Virus record (IMG/VR): IMGVR_UViG_3300046787_000200 | Location: 213,090-277,089 of that record | Reading direction: 5' to 3' (one strand) | DNA: 64,000 nucleotides | Source of the DNA: a virus | Part shown: piece by piece, positions 44,616-53,536 of the stretch | How the letters are laid out: each line of letters begins with the position of its first letter | How positions within the stretch are numbered: the stretch's first letter is position 1 | Translations under genes and position numbers: made by a program | The notes under the pieces: generated by a model | The model's database searches: none | The model's input: the letters and a program-made list of their open reading frames with translations, nothing else | What the model was told of the DNA's origin: nothing

Positions 44616-44649
44616 AGAATCTTAGACAGTTAAATAAAGGACTTACAAA

Positions 44650-45144
44650 ATGGCTACTCGTTCTACAATCGCTTTAGAATTCGCTGATGGTACTATTGGT
44701 CAAGTGTACGCACACTGGGATGGTTACTTGTCAGGTAATGGCAAGACTCTGTTTGAATACTATTCTAATCCCTTCATCTTGCGTGACTTGATCGACCTCG
44801 GTAGTATCTCTAGCCTGGGTAACACAATAGGTACAAAACATCCCTTCAGTCACTATGACACCGAGTTGTCATTGGTTCAGTTCAATAACCTCTACGACAA
44901 TATGACTACATTCTATGGTCGTGACCGCGGCGAGACTGATGTAGAGGCAAAGTATTTCAAAGATTTTGCAGATTACAAAGCTAACTGCCAACAAGAAGAA
45001 TACGATTACATCCTGCGTAACGTGAATGGTGTTGCTACTTGGTTTGTATCAGATCATGGTAGCGAATTCATTTTGCTGACTGAGGCTTTTGCTGAGGAAG
45101 CACGTGTAATCGCTGAAGAATCAAAAGAAGCATTGCCCCTCTAA
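44650..45144 (+). CDS. hypothetical protein
   Basis: 164 aa ORF. Confidence 0.45.
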   Translation: MATRSTIALEFADGTIGQVYAHWDGYLSGNGKTLFEYYSNPFILRDLIDLGSISSLGNTIGTKHPFSHYDTELSLVQFNNLYDNMTTFYGRDRGETDVEAKYFKDFADYKANCQQEEYDYILRNVNGVATWFVSDHGSEFILLTEAFAEEARVIAEESKEALPL

Positions 45145-45154
45145 GGAGAAACAA

Positions 45155-45487
45155 ATGGAAGCAGTAGTAGAAACAACAGTATGGAGTGATAGCAACAAAG
45201 CCAATCACACTTATTTGCTCGATGGTAGCAAGATGGTTGCATACATTAGTGTTGGTTCTACTACTCCATTCTATTTTAAAAACCCGATCACAATTGACAA
45301 GCGTGGTCGTAAGTTTACTCCAGTAAAACCCAATCCTTTCAAGGCAGTAAAAGAAAAATCTACAATCATCAAAGTGTCCGGCAGTAAAGGTAATGTCTAT
45401 TCTATTGATACAGACGAAAAGACTTGTACATGCCCTGGCTTTATGTATCGTGGTACTTGTAAACACATAACTGAACTGGTGACATAA
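45155..45487 (+). CDS. hypothetical protein with a C-terminal SWIM-type zinc finger
   Basis: CTCPGFMYRGTCKH, i.e. the CxCxnCxH pattern. Confidence 0.45.
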   Translation: MEAVVETTVWSDSNKANHTYLLDGSKMVAYISVGSTTPFYFKNPITIDKRGRKFTPVKPNPFKAVKEKSTIIKVSGSKGNVYSIDTDEKTCTCPGFMYRGTCKHITELVT

Positions 45488-45801
45488 TGAAATTGCCAAA
45501 CAAATATAGACCATCGGATGTGAGTAAAAAATATCGCATCCGTTATCGTTTAGAAACAGGTCGTAGTGAGTCATTTCATTGGCATAGTCGTGTAAGATGG
45601 TATCCAGTAGGATGGAAACTGAATAAGCAAACACTAGGTAGAATCTTTAGTCGTTTACATTATTTGGCCCGTCACGCACCCAAACCAATTCAACTAAAAT
45701 ACAAACGGGTGTATAATCTATTTGAAGAAAAATATTTTGCAAGTAAAGGTAAAGCTAGTAGTCGGTACCTAGGAAACAACACACCATATAAATGGTTATG
45801 A
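45487..45801 (+). CDS. hypothetical basic protein
   Basis: 104 aa ORF. Confidence 0.4.
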   Translation: MKLPNKYRPSDVSKKYRIRYRLETGRSESFHWHSRVRWYPVGWKLNKQTLGRIFSRLHYLARHAPKPIQLKYKRVYNLFEEKYFASKGKASSRYLGNNTPYKWL

Positions 45802-45995
45802 ACGAAAAATTAAATACATTTAGAGCATTACAAGAATTGCCGCCGGCTGTAACAAGTATTTGGTGCCGCTTTAACTTACATAATTGGACTAAGTGGGGAC
45901 CGGTAGAAAGTAGTAACAGTTCTATCTGGGCGCGCCAAAATCGATTCTGTGTGCATTGTAATACAATCGAACAAAAGAAGTGGCAGGTAACATGA
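45792..45995 (+). CDS. hypothetical protein
   Basis: 67 aa ORF. Confidence 0.35.
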   Translation: MVMNEKLNTFRALQELPPAVTSIWCRFNLHNWTKWGPVESSNSSIWARQNRFCVHCNTIEQKKWQVT

Positions 45996-46255
45996 AAATC
46001 ATCAAATTAAATCGTAGATACAAAGCCTTTAAGGAACAGGGCCATACCGTTGGCTTACGATTTTATAGTTGGTGTAATGAAGCAGGCCCATACGAAAAGT
46101 ATTTGACAAAAATGTATGGATCCCAGTATGCGTATAACCACAATGAATGGCGTTGCGGCTTCGGTAGTCGTCCACGTCGCAATGAACCTAGACCATACTT
46201 CATCACACTGCGTGATGAAAAAGTATTGACTGCAATGTTGTTAGCCGTGCAATGA
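45980..46255 (+). CDS. hypothetical protein
   Basis: 91 aa ORF. Confidence 0.4.
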   Translation: MAGNMKIIKLNRRYKAFKEQGHTVGLRFYSWCNEAGPYEKYLTKMYGSQYAYNHNEWRCGFGSRPRRNEPRPYFITLRDEKVLTAMLLAVQ

Positions 46256-46449
46256 AAATCGAATCTACAAGTTATCCCGGATGGAACAATCATCCTACTT
46301 ATCATGTTGGCACATTTAGTGAATGGAAAGAACTTTGTTTTTGGATGTACAAGAATAAAGTGGAACATTTTCTATTGAGTAGTGGTAGCACTGGATATAT
46401 ATTCCAAGTTAAAAAAAATAACGAATGGTTTACATTGAGGTGGCTATGA
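46252..46449 (+). CDS. hypothetical protein
   Basis: 65 aa ORF. Confidence 0.35.
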   Translation: MKIESTSYPGWNNHPTYHVGTFSEWKELCFWMYKNKVEHFLLSSGSTGYIFQVKKNNEWFTLRWL

Positions 46450-46673
46450 TGTACGAATTGTACGAAGAAAAGTTAGATCCAATGTATCTGCCCTGCGGTG
46501 GCACCGCATACTTTGATGATAGTTCGGGCATTAGTTATCGTTGCGACCATTGTATGGCAGTTGTGGGTAGTATCGGACAACCGCAAAGTTGTAAAGATGA
46601 AGAACAGAAATATCTCAACTGGCAAAAGCTAGGTGGCAAGGGTTGGGACTATAATTTAGGGTGTGTGAAATGA
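46446..46673 (+). CDS. hypothetical Cys-containing protein
   Basis: Start trimmed to the ATG after GAGGTGG. Contains a CGG ... CDHC pattern. Confidence 0.35.
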   Translation: MMYELYEEKLDPMYLPCGGTAYFDDSSGISYRCDHCMAVVGSIGQPQSCKDEEQKYLNWQKLGGKGWDYNLGCVK

Positions 46674-46852
46674 ATGCTCAAACAATTTTGGCATTGCTCT
46701 TTATTATTTTGATGGTCAATGCCTGCAATAAGATTTACAATAATCCTAAAGTAGTGTATAATTGTGACTTAGCAGAAATAAGTCCAGACTATCCAAAAGA
46801 AGTCAAACAAAAATGTAGAGAATTAACAAATGAAAATCGCACTAGCAAGTGA
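46661..46852 (+). CDS. hypothetical small membrane/secreted protein
   Basis: Hydrophobic N-terminus ILALLFIILMVNAC. Confidence 0.35.
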   Translation: MCEMNAQTILALLFIILMVNACNKIYNNPKVVYNCDLAEISPDYPKEVKQKCRELTNENRTSK

Positions 46853-47678
46853 CTTGCACTTAGAGTTTGAAGATATTGACCTTAAGAACACCGAGGGTGC
46901 TGAGGTTCTTATCCTATCGGGTGACATTATGACAGCCGAAGATTTACACAACCATCCAGAAATGGATTACGGAATGTATTCCAGTGTGAACCTCGCTGAC
47001 TTAGGTCGTAGGCAACAAACAGCCCAAAGATTCCGTGACTTCTTAAAGCGTGTAAGTTTTGAGTTTCCGCATGTTGTTTATGTTGCAGGCAACCACGAAT
47101 TCTATCACGGTAAATGGAAAGCTAGCCTACAATATTTACGTGATGAATGTGCTAAGTTCCCCAACGTTTACTTTTTAGAACGTGATGTAAAGGTCATCAA
47201 TGACGTAACATTCATTGGTGCTACATTATGGACTGATTGTAACAAAGGTGATCCACTGACATTACATGCGTTGACTGACATGATGAATGATTATCGAGTG
47301 ATTCGTAATGATGAGCGTGAATACACTAAGTTACGGCCTGCACATTCAATGTATCGTCATCAGCAAACATTAAGTTATTTGAAGGCTGTATTGCCTGATA
47401 TGAAAGATAAGAAAGTTGTATTTGCAGGACATCATGGTCCTTCTGCAATGAGTACTCATCCTCGCTATGTTAATGAAACATTAATGAATGGCGGTTATCG
47501 TAGTGAATTGAGTGAGTTCATTTTAGACAATCCACAGATTGTATTATGGACTCATGGTCATATGCATGACCCGTTTGATTACATGATTGGGACGACTAGG
47601 GTGGTTTGTAATCCTCGCGGATATGCAGGCCATGATGAACAAGCTGACATATTTCAGCTAAAGTTTTTGGATATCTAA
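46830..47678 (+). CDS. calcineurin-like metallophosphoesterase
   Basis: LILSGDI, YVAGNHEF (GNHE block) and GHHG blocks. Confidence 0.65.
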   Translation: MKIALASDLHLEFEDIDLKNTEGAEVLILSGDIMTAEDLHNHPEMDYGMYSSVNLADLGRRQQTAQRFRDFLKRVSFEFPHVVYVAGNHEFYHGKWKASLQYLRDECAKFPNVYFLERDVKVINDVTFIGATLWTDCNKGDPLTLHALTDMMNDYRVIRNDEREYTKLRPAHSMYRHQQTLSYLKAVLPDMKDKKVVFAGHHGPSAMSTHPRYVNETLMNGGYRSELSEFILDNPQIVLWTHGHMHDPFDYMIGTTRVVCNPRGYAGHDEQADIFQLKFLDI

Positions 47679-47702
47679 GTGAAACAAGGTGTCCAGAATG
47701 TG

Positions 47703-47731
47703 TTGATTAACGATAGAGAATATCGTATAAT
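47703..47731 (+). promoter_or_regulatory. sigma70-like promoter TTGATT-N17-TATAAT
   Basis: Lies inside track ORF 47679-48032, upstream of the likely true start. Confidence 0.4.
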
Positions 47732-47774
47732 CTTTATACGTTGTGAGAACAACGAAATTTTTAAGGAAAATAAA

Positions 47775-48032
47775 ATGACAGAAACTAAACAAGCCCGTGT
47801 CTTAGAGGCACTTCAGTCTGGTGAGCAACTCACAGCAAAACAAATCTCCGCACGTTTCGGAGTAGCAAACCCAACAGCTACTATCAGTAGCTTGCGTTTC
47901 GCAGGTTATGCAGTTTATGCTAATGAGCGTACCGATACTAAGGGCCGTGTTACTACCAAGTACCGTCTAGGTAAGCCTTCCCGTGCTCTAGTAGCCGCAG
48001 GTTACCGTGCAATGGCACTAGGTATCGTTTAA
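47775..48032 (+). CDS. small helix-turn-helix-like protein
   Basis: Start at the ATG after AAGGAAAA. LTAKQISARFGVANPTATISSLR is HTH-like. Confidence 0.4.
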   Translation: MTETKQARVLEALQSGEQLTAKQISARFGVANPTATISSLRFAGYAVYANERTDTKGRVTTKYRLGKPSRALVAAGYRAMALGIV

Positions 48033-48053
48033 TCTCTTACTGAGAATGAACAA

Positions 48054-48076
48054 AAAGGGCAGTAATGCCCTTTTCC
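48054..48076 (+). terminator. rho-independent terminator
   Basis: AAAGGGCA-gtaa-TGCCCTTTT. Confidence 0.55.
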
Positions 48077-48079
48077 TAC

Positions 48080-48109
48080 TTGCATTTAATTCAAAAGTGT
48101 GCTATAATA
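48080..48109 (+). promoter_or_regulatory. sigma70-like promoter TTGCAT-N18-TATAAT
   Basis: Followed by a CACATAGGAGA ribosome-binding site and the ATG at 48132. Confidence 0.45.
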
Positions 48110-48131
48110 TGTTATCACATAGGAGATTGTA

Positions 48132-48647
48132 ATGAGTTTATTTCACAAGATTATGAATAAATTAGGCAGATATCGTCTTATTCCTGATCGTAGAACCGGT
48201 GAGGACTATATGCACCGTTACTACTTATTTCTCAAAGACCGTAGTTGGTTCCCCTTCAATGTAACATTGCATAAAATTGTACGTAGCGATGATCCTATTA
48301 TGCATGATCATCCTTGGCCTTATTTAACAATCGTTCTTAAAGGTGGTTATTGGGAACATACACCTGTGTTCAATAACGAAAATAAAATGATTGCAGAATT
48401 TCAGACTTGGCGAGGTCCAGGTAGTATCATCAAGCGTAGTGCAGGTGAATATCATTGGCTTGAGCTTGATGAAGGTACTACTGCTACTACATTGTTCTTT
48501 ATGGGACCACAACAACGTGAGTGGGGATTCTTAACAAAGACAAAAACAGGTAGAGATCGTTGGATAAAGTATGATCATTACTTAACTGATTGGAAGCCAT
48601 ACCACGAAAAATATGTTATGTCAAAAGCTAGTAGGAAAGAAAAATGA
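48132..48647 (+). CDS. hypothetical protein
   Basis: 171 aa ORF. Confidence 0.45.
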   Translation: MSLFHKIMNKLGRYRLIPDRRTGEDYMHRYYLFLKDRSWFPFNVTLHKIVRSDDPIMHDHPWPYLTIVLKGGYWEHTPVFNNENKMIAEFQTWRGPGSIIKRSAGEYHWLELDEGTTATTLFFMGPQQREWGFLTKTKTGRDRWIKYDHYLTDWKPYHEKYVMSKASRKEK

Positions 48648-48805
48648 TTTTATTAAATATAGGCGTTGTTTTATTCTTTGGACATTTGTTGATTACCAAA
48701 GATTACACTATTAATCCTAGATGGATGTATTACATGGATGGATTAGTATTTGCATTTAATTTTGCAATTGTGTTAAAATACATTACTGATATGATGGGAC
48801 TTTAA
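48644..48805 (+). CDS. small membrane protein (53 aa)
   Basis: Not in the track. ATGA overlap. Hydrophobic ILLNIGVVLFFGHLLI. Confidence 0.35.
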   Translation: MILLNIGVVLFFGHLLITKDYTINPRWMYYMDGLVFAFNFAIVLKYITDMMGL

Positions 48806-48806
48806 T

Positions 48807-49088
48807 ATGAATGATGATACAAAAGAAATACTAACTATTCTACAAGAAGAATGTGCCGAAGTAATTGTAGAGGTTAGTAAATGTTTTAGATTCGGTCCTG
48901 ATCAATGTTTAGAAAATACAGAAGTTTCAAACATCCAACGACTACAAAAAGAGTTAGGTGACCTACAAGCAATGATTGAACTACTAATTGATAATAATGT
49001 AGGTGTCACTACTCAGGGTCTTAAAGAAGCTAAAAAAGCTAAATTTAAGAAATTAAAACAATGGTCTAACTTAACTATCACTAAATAA
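48807..49088 (+). CDS. hypothetical protein
   Basis: 93 aa ORF. Confidence 0.4.
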   Translation: MNDDTKEILTILQEECAEVIVEVSKCFRFGPDQCLENTEVSNIQRLQKELGDLQAMIELLIDNNVGVTTQGLKEAKKAKFKKLKQWSNLTITK

Positions 49089-49094
49089 ATCACT

Positions 49095-49475
49095 ATGTTT
49101 GAAATTTTTATTATAGTATTCATATTTTGGCTAGGTTATCAATTTGGTCAAGTAGCATTATCTTGGAAGCTACGTGATATACTACGCAAGGAAGCGATTA
49201 AAGAAGGTCTTGTTGTTGATGGTAACTATAACATCATTAATGTAAAAGATGAGAAACCTAATGTGTTTCAGTTGTTTATAGAAAAAGCCAATAACATTCT
49301 CTATCTCTATGATAGAGAAAATGATACATTTGTATGTCAGGGTTCTTCTTTGGTAGAACTAGCCAAACTTGCAAAAGAATATAAAAACATTAAATATGCC
49401 GCAGTGATTGATGGCAATGAAGTCTACGCATTTGTCGACGGCACCGTTAAAACTGAACAAGAAGTATTAAAATGA
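49095..49475 (+). CDS. hypothetical protein with an N-terminal TM helix
   Basis: 126 aa ORF. Confidence 0.4.
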   Translation: MFEIFIIVFIFWLGYQFGQVALSWKLRDILRKEAIKEGLVVDGNYNIINVKDEKPNVFQLFIEKANNILYLYDRENDTFVCQGSSLVELAKLAKEYKNIKYAAVIDGNEVYAFVDGTVKTEQEVLK

Positions 49476-50011
49476 AAGTTAAAATTGGTCCTTTCCCTAA
49501 AAAGGGTAACAGAAGGAAAATCGATATTCAAATTGATAAATTTGATACTTGGAGTTTCGACCATACCCTAGCAACTATCATTTATCCGGCGTTGCTTCAA
49601 CTTAAAGCAACTAAGCACGGTATTCCTAGTGAATTAGTAGATGACGTGGGCGGGGAAGATTGGTCTCAACAAGATAGTTTTGATTTCTATAAAGAAACAC
49701 ACGATGAATCTTGGACTATTGCCGCAAAGCGTTGGGACGAGATCCTTGATAAAATGATTTGGTCATTCCAACAACTTACAATTGACGATTATAGTAGTAA
49801 ATACCATCACGGTACAAGCGAGTATGATTGGATTAAGAGTGACAAAACATATCCAAATCCTATTACTGGTAAAATAGAACCAACATATCAAATGGTTGAC
49901 AAAGATCCCGACAGTCATTGGTATGATGCAGAAGGACATCAATTACACGAAGACCGTATACAAGAAGGTCTTGAATTGTTCGGTAAGTATTATAGAAGTT
50001 TATGGGATTAA
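49472..50011 (+). CDS. hypothetical protein
   Basis: 179 aa ORF. Confidence 0.4.
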   Translation: MKVKIGPFPKKGNRRKIDIQIDKFDTWSFDHTLATIIYPALLQLKATKHGIPSELVDDVGGEDWSQQDSFDFYKETHDESWTIAAKRWDEILDKMIWSFQQLTIDDYSSKYHHGTSEYDWIKSDKTYPNPITGKIEPTYQMVDKDPDSHWYDAEGHQLHEDRIQEGLELFGKYYRSLWD

Positions 50012-50014
50012 TTA

Positions 50015-50254
50015 ATGTTTGATAATATGACAAAGCAACTAGACTTACAAACTCTAGGCAAGGGACAAAAAGATTTTAAAATTACTAAGGAAGAATTCGA
50101 AGATTTTTGCAAAGGGTTTCTGTTTGAACAGATTAAAGGCAATGATAAATTAGGTGAAGCCTTTTGCAAAAAGTACAACGAGACTAATTTTGTACTAAGT
50201 ATATTACCCAACGAATCTGCTATAGAGCATATTAAAAAATTCTACGTAAGATGA
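50015..50254 (+). CDS. hypothetical protein
   Basis: 79 aa ORF. Confidence 0.35.
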   Translation: MFDNMTKQLDLQTLGKGQKDFKITKEEFEDFCKGFLFEQIKGNDKLGEAFCKKYNETNFVLSILPNESAIEHIKKFYVR

Positions 50255-50772
50255 AACAAAAATTTATAGACTATTATATGGATGTTGCAGAACGCACATC
50301 AAAACTATCCAGCGCAATTCGCAGACAAGTAGGTGCTGTTATTGTTAAAGAGAATCGTATTCTCAGTTATGGTTACAATGGTATGCCAACTGGTTGGACT
50401 AACGAATGTGAGTACAAAGATTATATGAGTGGCGATGCAGGTGGATGGTTAAACCCTGACGAAATTTATGAAAAGTGGCCACATGAAGAATATGACAAAA
50501 CAGTAGAATCCAATCGAAGATACAGATTAGTCACTAAGGATGAAGTATTACACGCTGAGAGTAACGCAATCGCTAAAGTGTCCGGCTCAACAGAATCTAG
50601 CGAAGATGCTACATTGTTTGTGACCACAGCTCCATGCATTCATTGTGCTAAGATGATTTTTCAGTCAGGTATCAAAAGTGTATTCTACCGCGATACTTAC
50701 CGTGACGATGCGGGAGTAGAATTTTTAGAAAAGGGCGGAGTGAGTGTCACCCGATACCCAGTACAAGACTGA
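50251..50772 (+). CDS. dCMP (deoxycytidylate) deaminase
   Basis: HAESNAI and PCIHCAKMI zinc-binding motifs (the HAE ... PCxxC pattern). Confidence 0.75.
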   Translation: MKQKFIDYYMDVAERTSKLSSAIRRQVGAVIVKENRILSYGYNGMPTGWTNECEYKDYMSGDAGGWLNPDEIYEKWPHEEYDKTVESNRRYRLVTKDEVLHAESNAIAKVSGSTESSEDATLFVTTAPCIHCAKMIFQSGIKSVFYRDTYRDDAGVEFLEKGGVSVTRYPVQD

Positions 50773-50944
50773 AATAATTATTCGCTATGGACAACTAAGA
50801 CCAATTATTGATTGGTGTGAACGTAACTGCGAAAATGATTGGGGATTTAGTTGCCGGCATCCTGCAGGAGATCAAGGCGGGGTGTACGATTTCTATTTTG
50901 AAACAGAAGCTGACTACATAAACTTTATACTTTGGAAAAAATAA
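50744..50944 (+). CDS. hypothetical protein (GTG start)
   Basis: 66 aa. GGAG 3 nt upstream of the GTG. Confidence 0.3.
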   Translation: MSPDTQYKTEIIIRYGQLRPIIDWCERNCENDWGFSCRHPAGDQGGVYDFYFETEADYINFILWKK

Positions 50945-51213
50945 TGAAGTACTATACATTTTACCGTGAGAGTAATAACTTTGATGATATCTTAAATGAT
51001 CAAATTATCAAAAAGATCATTGATGAAAAAGTGCGTTGGTATCAACATTTGATTATTGGTATGCAGGACACCAACGAACAATCATTTAGTTATATCACAT
51101 TAAAATACGGTGACGAGATGGTGCAGGAATTGATAAAAGATCGTAGTCCTATACCGGGCGTTGACTATATGCCTAAACGTGATGCTAGTAAGTATAAGAA
51201 AGTCATAGAATGA
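50932..51213 (+). CDS. hypothetical protein
   Basis: 93 aa ORF. Confidence 0.4.
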   Translation: MEKIMKYYTFYRESNNFDDILNDQIIKKIIDEKVRWYQHLIIGMQDTNEQSFSYITLKYGDEMVQELIKDRSPIPGVDYMPKRDASKYKKVIE

Positions 51214-51707
51214 ACCATGATTATATTATAGAAAAGTTAACAACATGGATGAAGGGATTTGTAGAAATTCCTAATCCTTTATTGGGGAATTGGCCTCCCT
51301 GTCCTTATGCTAGACAAGCACGAATCAATAACAAAATCGAAATTGTTTATTCAGGTCACGATGTTATTCCTGCAACAGTAGAACAAAATCTAAGTAAGCT
51401 AGAAGATAAAGATGTTATCATTGTTTATTTTGATCATAAGATGATTCAGCCTGATGCACTTGCAGACTTAGTTAAAGTGTATAATGAGGGCTTCTTAATG
51501 CCTAGAAACTATGTAGCATTAGAGGATCATCCTGATTCAGTTGAATATGTCAATAATGTAAAGATGAACTTCGGTGAGTGTGGGCTATTGATTGTATCTA
51601 AACTAGACATGCTAAATGATGCTAGTGATAAGATACGAGAAAAGGGCTATTATAAACATTGGTCACAGGAAGAATTAGATTCAGTAGTCTCCTGGCGATA
51701 TAAATAA
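51210..51707 (+). CDS. hypothetical protein
   Basis: 165 aa ORF. Confidence 0.4.
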   Translation: MNHDYIIEKLTTWMKGFVEIPNPLLGNWPPCPYARQARINNKIEIVYSGHDVIPATVEQNLSKLEDKDVIIVYFDHKMIQPDALADLVKVYNEGFLMPRNYVALEDHPDSVEYVNNVKMNFGECGLLIVSKLDMLNDASDKIREKGYYKHWSQEELDSVVSWRYK

Positions 51708-51711
51708 GTTA

Positions 51712-52149
51712 ATGAAATTCTGCAGGATAAACTTATCTAAAACTAATTACACTCCCTTGAAATATGCCTATCATATGCCAATGATAGAACGTGATGCCAG
51801 TATGGATAATCTAAAAGAAATATACCGTAAATATTGCGCTTACAAACAATTTGATAGTGTAGTTCCTTTATTTGAAGGTATGATACTTGACAAATACACA
51901 GATGTAATTGGATACTATCCAAACGACAAGTTATCAGCATTTAGTATAGTTAAACGATATGACCGAGAAAATGCAGAAGCATTGCAATTTGCATGGGATT
52001 ATAAAAACCCTGAACTACGATTAGGCATAGAAAGCCTCAAGCATGAATGTGCTTACTATAAAAGTCAAGGATACAAATATTTGTATCTAGGACTTGCAGA
52101 CGAATATAAAAGCCAAATTGATGGCTACGAAATATTAGGACCATTATAA
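51712..52149 (+). CDS. hypothetical protein (weak resemblance to the Bpt/ATE C-terminal region)
   Basis: KYLYLGLADEY weakly resembles the YxYLGYW block of arginyl/leucyl-tRNA protein transferases. Confidence 0.35.
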   Translation: MKFCRINLSKTNYTPLKYAYHMPMIERDASMDNLKEIYRKYCAYKQFDSVVPLFEGMILDKYTDVIGYYPNDKLSAFSIVKRYDRENAEALQFAWDYKNPELRLGIESLKHECAYYKSQGYKYLYLGLADEYKSQIDGYEILGPL

Positions 52150-52481
52150 TGGATATATATCACATTTGGTGTGACAAATCAGAAGACATACCCGACTTAG
52201 AGTGGGTTAATAATATGAAGGGGTTCTTGGACCACCTCGTATCAGAAAAGAAAATGGAATCATATCGTATCACTAGATGCAAGATGGGATTTCGTAGTAT
52301 CGCAGATATGCCTGAATGGCATATTATGATGGAATTTACAGACATGGCTCAGATGGATAATGCATTCAAACGAGTCGCACCACTTGAAGGGGAATTAGAA
52401 ACTAAGCATAAGAGTTTCAATCAATTCGTTAGTGGTAATATACAACACGCACTTTTTAGAGATTGGCCAGACATATTATGA
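52149..52481 (+). CDS. hypothetical protein
   Basis: 110 aa ORF. Confidence 0.4.
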   Translation: MDIYHIWCDKSEDIPDLEWVNNMKGFLDHLVSEKKMESYRITRCKMGFRSIADMPEWHIMMEFTDMAQMDNAFKRVAPLEGELETKHKSFNQFVSGNIQHALFRDWPDIL

Positions 52482-53536
52482 CATATTCAGTTTATCAACA
52501 TTGGGATCCATTAAAGGTAATGGTAGTAGGAAAATCATATCCTCCCGAGTTATATGATTACATTAAGAACGAAAAGGTTCGTAAAGTATTTTATCAAATC
52601 GCAGAAGAAACAGAAGAAGATTATCAAAAGTTATCTAACTTGTTATCTACATTCGGAGTAAACGTTATACGTTGTGATATGGATGAACAAACAGCATTCG
52701 CAAAACAATGTATTAAGAAAAATGCTCCTATATCAAAACCATGGGCTATGCAACCGAGAGATGCTACAATTATGTTAGGCGAAACATTTTATTGTAGTGA
52801 TCATATGGTGCAACCATTGCATGAAGCGTTAGATTTATTAAAATTAAATGGTAATAAAATTGATACTATGGTTCCTGATTCAGGCTTCAAGTATAATAAT
52901 AACCCTATCTATATGAATGCCGCAATGACAACACGTGTGGGTAAAGATTTAATAATAGGAACACTTGATCAAGTTGACAAAGATACTAACATAGGTTTGT
53001 TAGAGAAAAATCTACAAGATAGGTTTACTGAGTACCGAGTCAAAATGATTGCTACACACGGGCATACTGATGGGTGTTTTTGTCCAGTAGTACCTGGTTT
53101 GATTTTTAGTATTATGGGACCATGGAATTATAAAAGTACTTTTCCTGATTGGGAAGTGTTGTACTTACACGGTGAATCTTGGTCTAAGGTACAAAACTTT
53201 TTAAACTTAAAGAAAAACAATGCAGGTAAATGGTGGGTGCCAGGACAAGAACTAAACCAAGATTTTACTGATTACGTAGAAACTTGGATGAATCATTGGG
53301 TTGGATATGTAGAAGAAAGTGTATTTGATGTTAATATGATTGTAGTTGACAAAAAGAATGTTATCGTAAATAGCTACAATGAAAAGGCATTCGATGCGTT
53401 TAGTCGTCATGGCATAACACCGCATATCTGCAACTTCCGTCATCGTTATTTCTGGGACGGTGGATTACATTGTATTACGTCAGATATCCACCGTGAAGGT
53501 GTGATGGAAGATTACTTCCCGGAACGTAATCAATAA
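52478..53536 (+). CDS. amidinotransferase-superfamily enzyme (glycine/inosamine amidinotransferase-like)
   Basis: C-terminal GGLHCITSDIHREG matches the GGxHCxTxDxxRxG catalytic-Cys block. Start at the ATG overlapping the previous stop. Confidence 0.45.
   Translation: MTYSVYQHWDPLKVMVVGKSYPPELYDYIKNEKVRKVFYQIAEETEEDYQKLSNLLSTFGVNVIRCDMDEQTAFAKQCIKKNAPISKPWAMQPRDATIMLGETFYCSDHMVQPLHEALDLLKLNGNKIDTMVPDSGFKYNNNPIYMNAAMTTRVGKDLIIGTLDQVDKDTNIGLLEKNLQDRFTEYRVKMIATHGHTDGCFCPVVPGLIFSIMGPWNYKSTFPDWEVLYLHGESWSKVQNFLNLKKNNAGKWWVPGQELNQDFTDYVETWMNHWVGYVEESVFDVNMIVVDKKNVIVNSYNEKAFDAFSRHGITPHICNFRHRYFWDGGLHCITSDIHREGVMEDYFPERNQ

Noticed and set aside
45068-45634. 188-aa minus-strand ORF spanning three plus-strand genes
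   Set aside because: It crosses gene junctions of well-formed plus-strand ORFs and has no ribosome-binding site. It is probably spurious.
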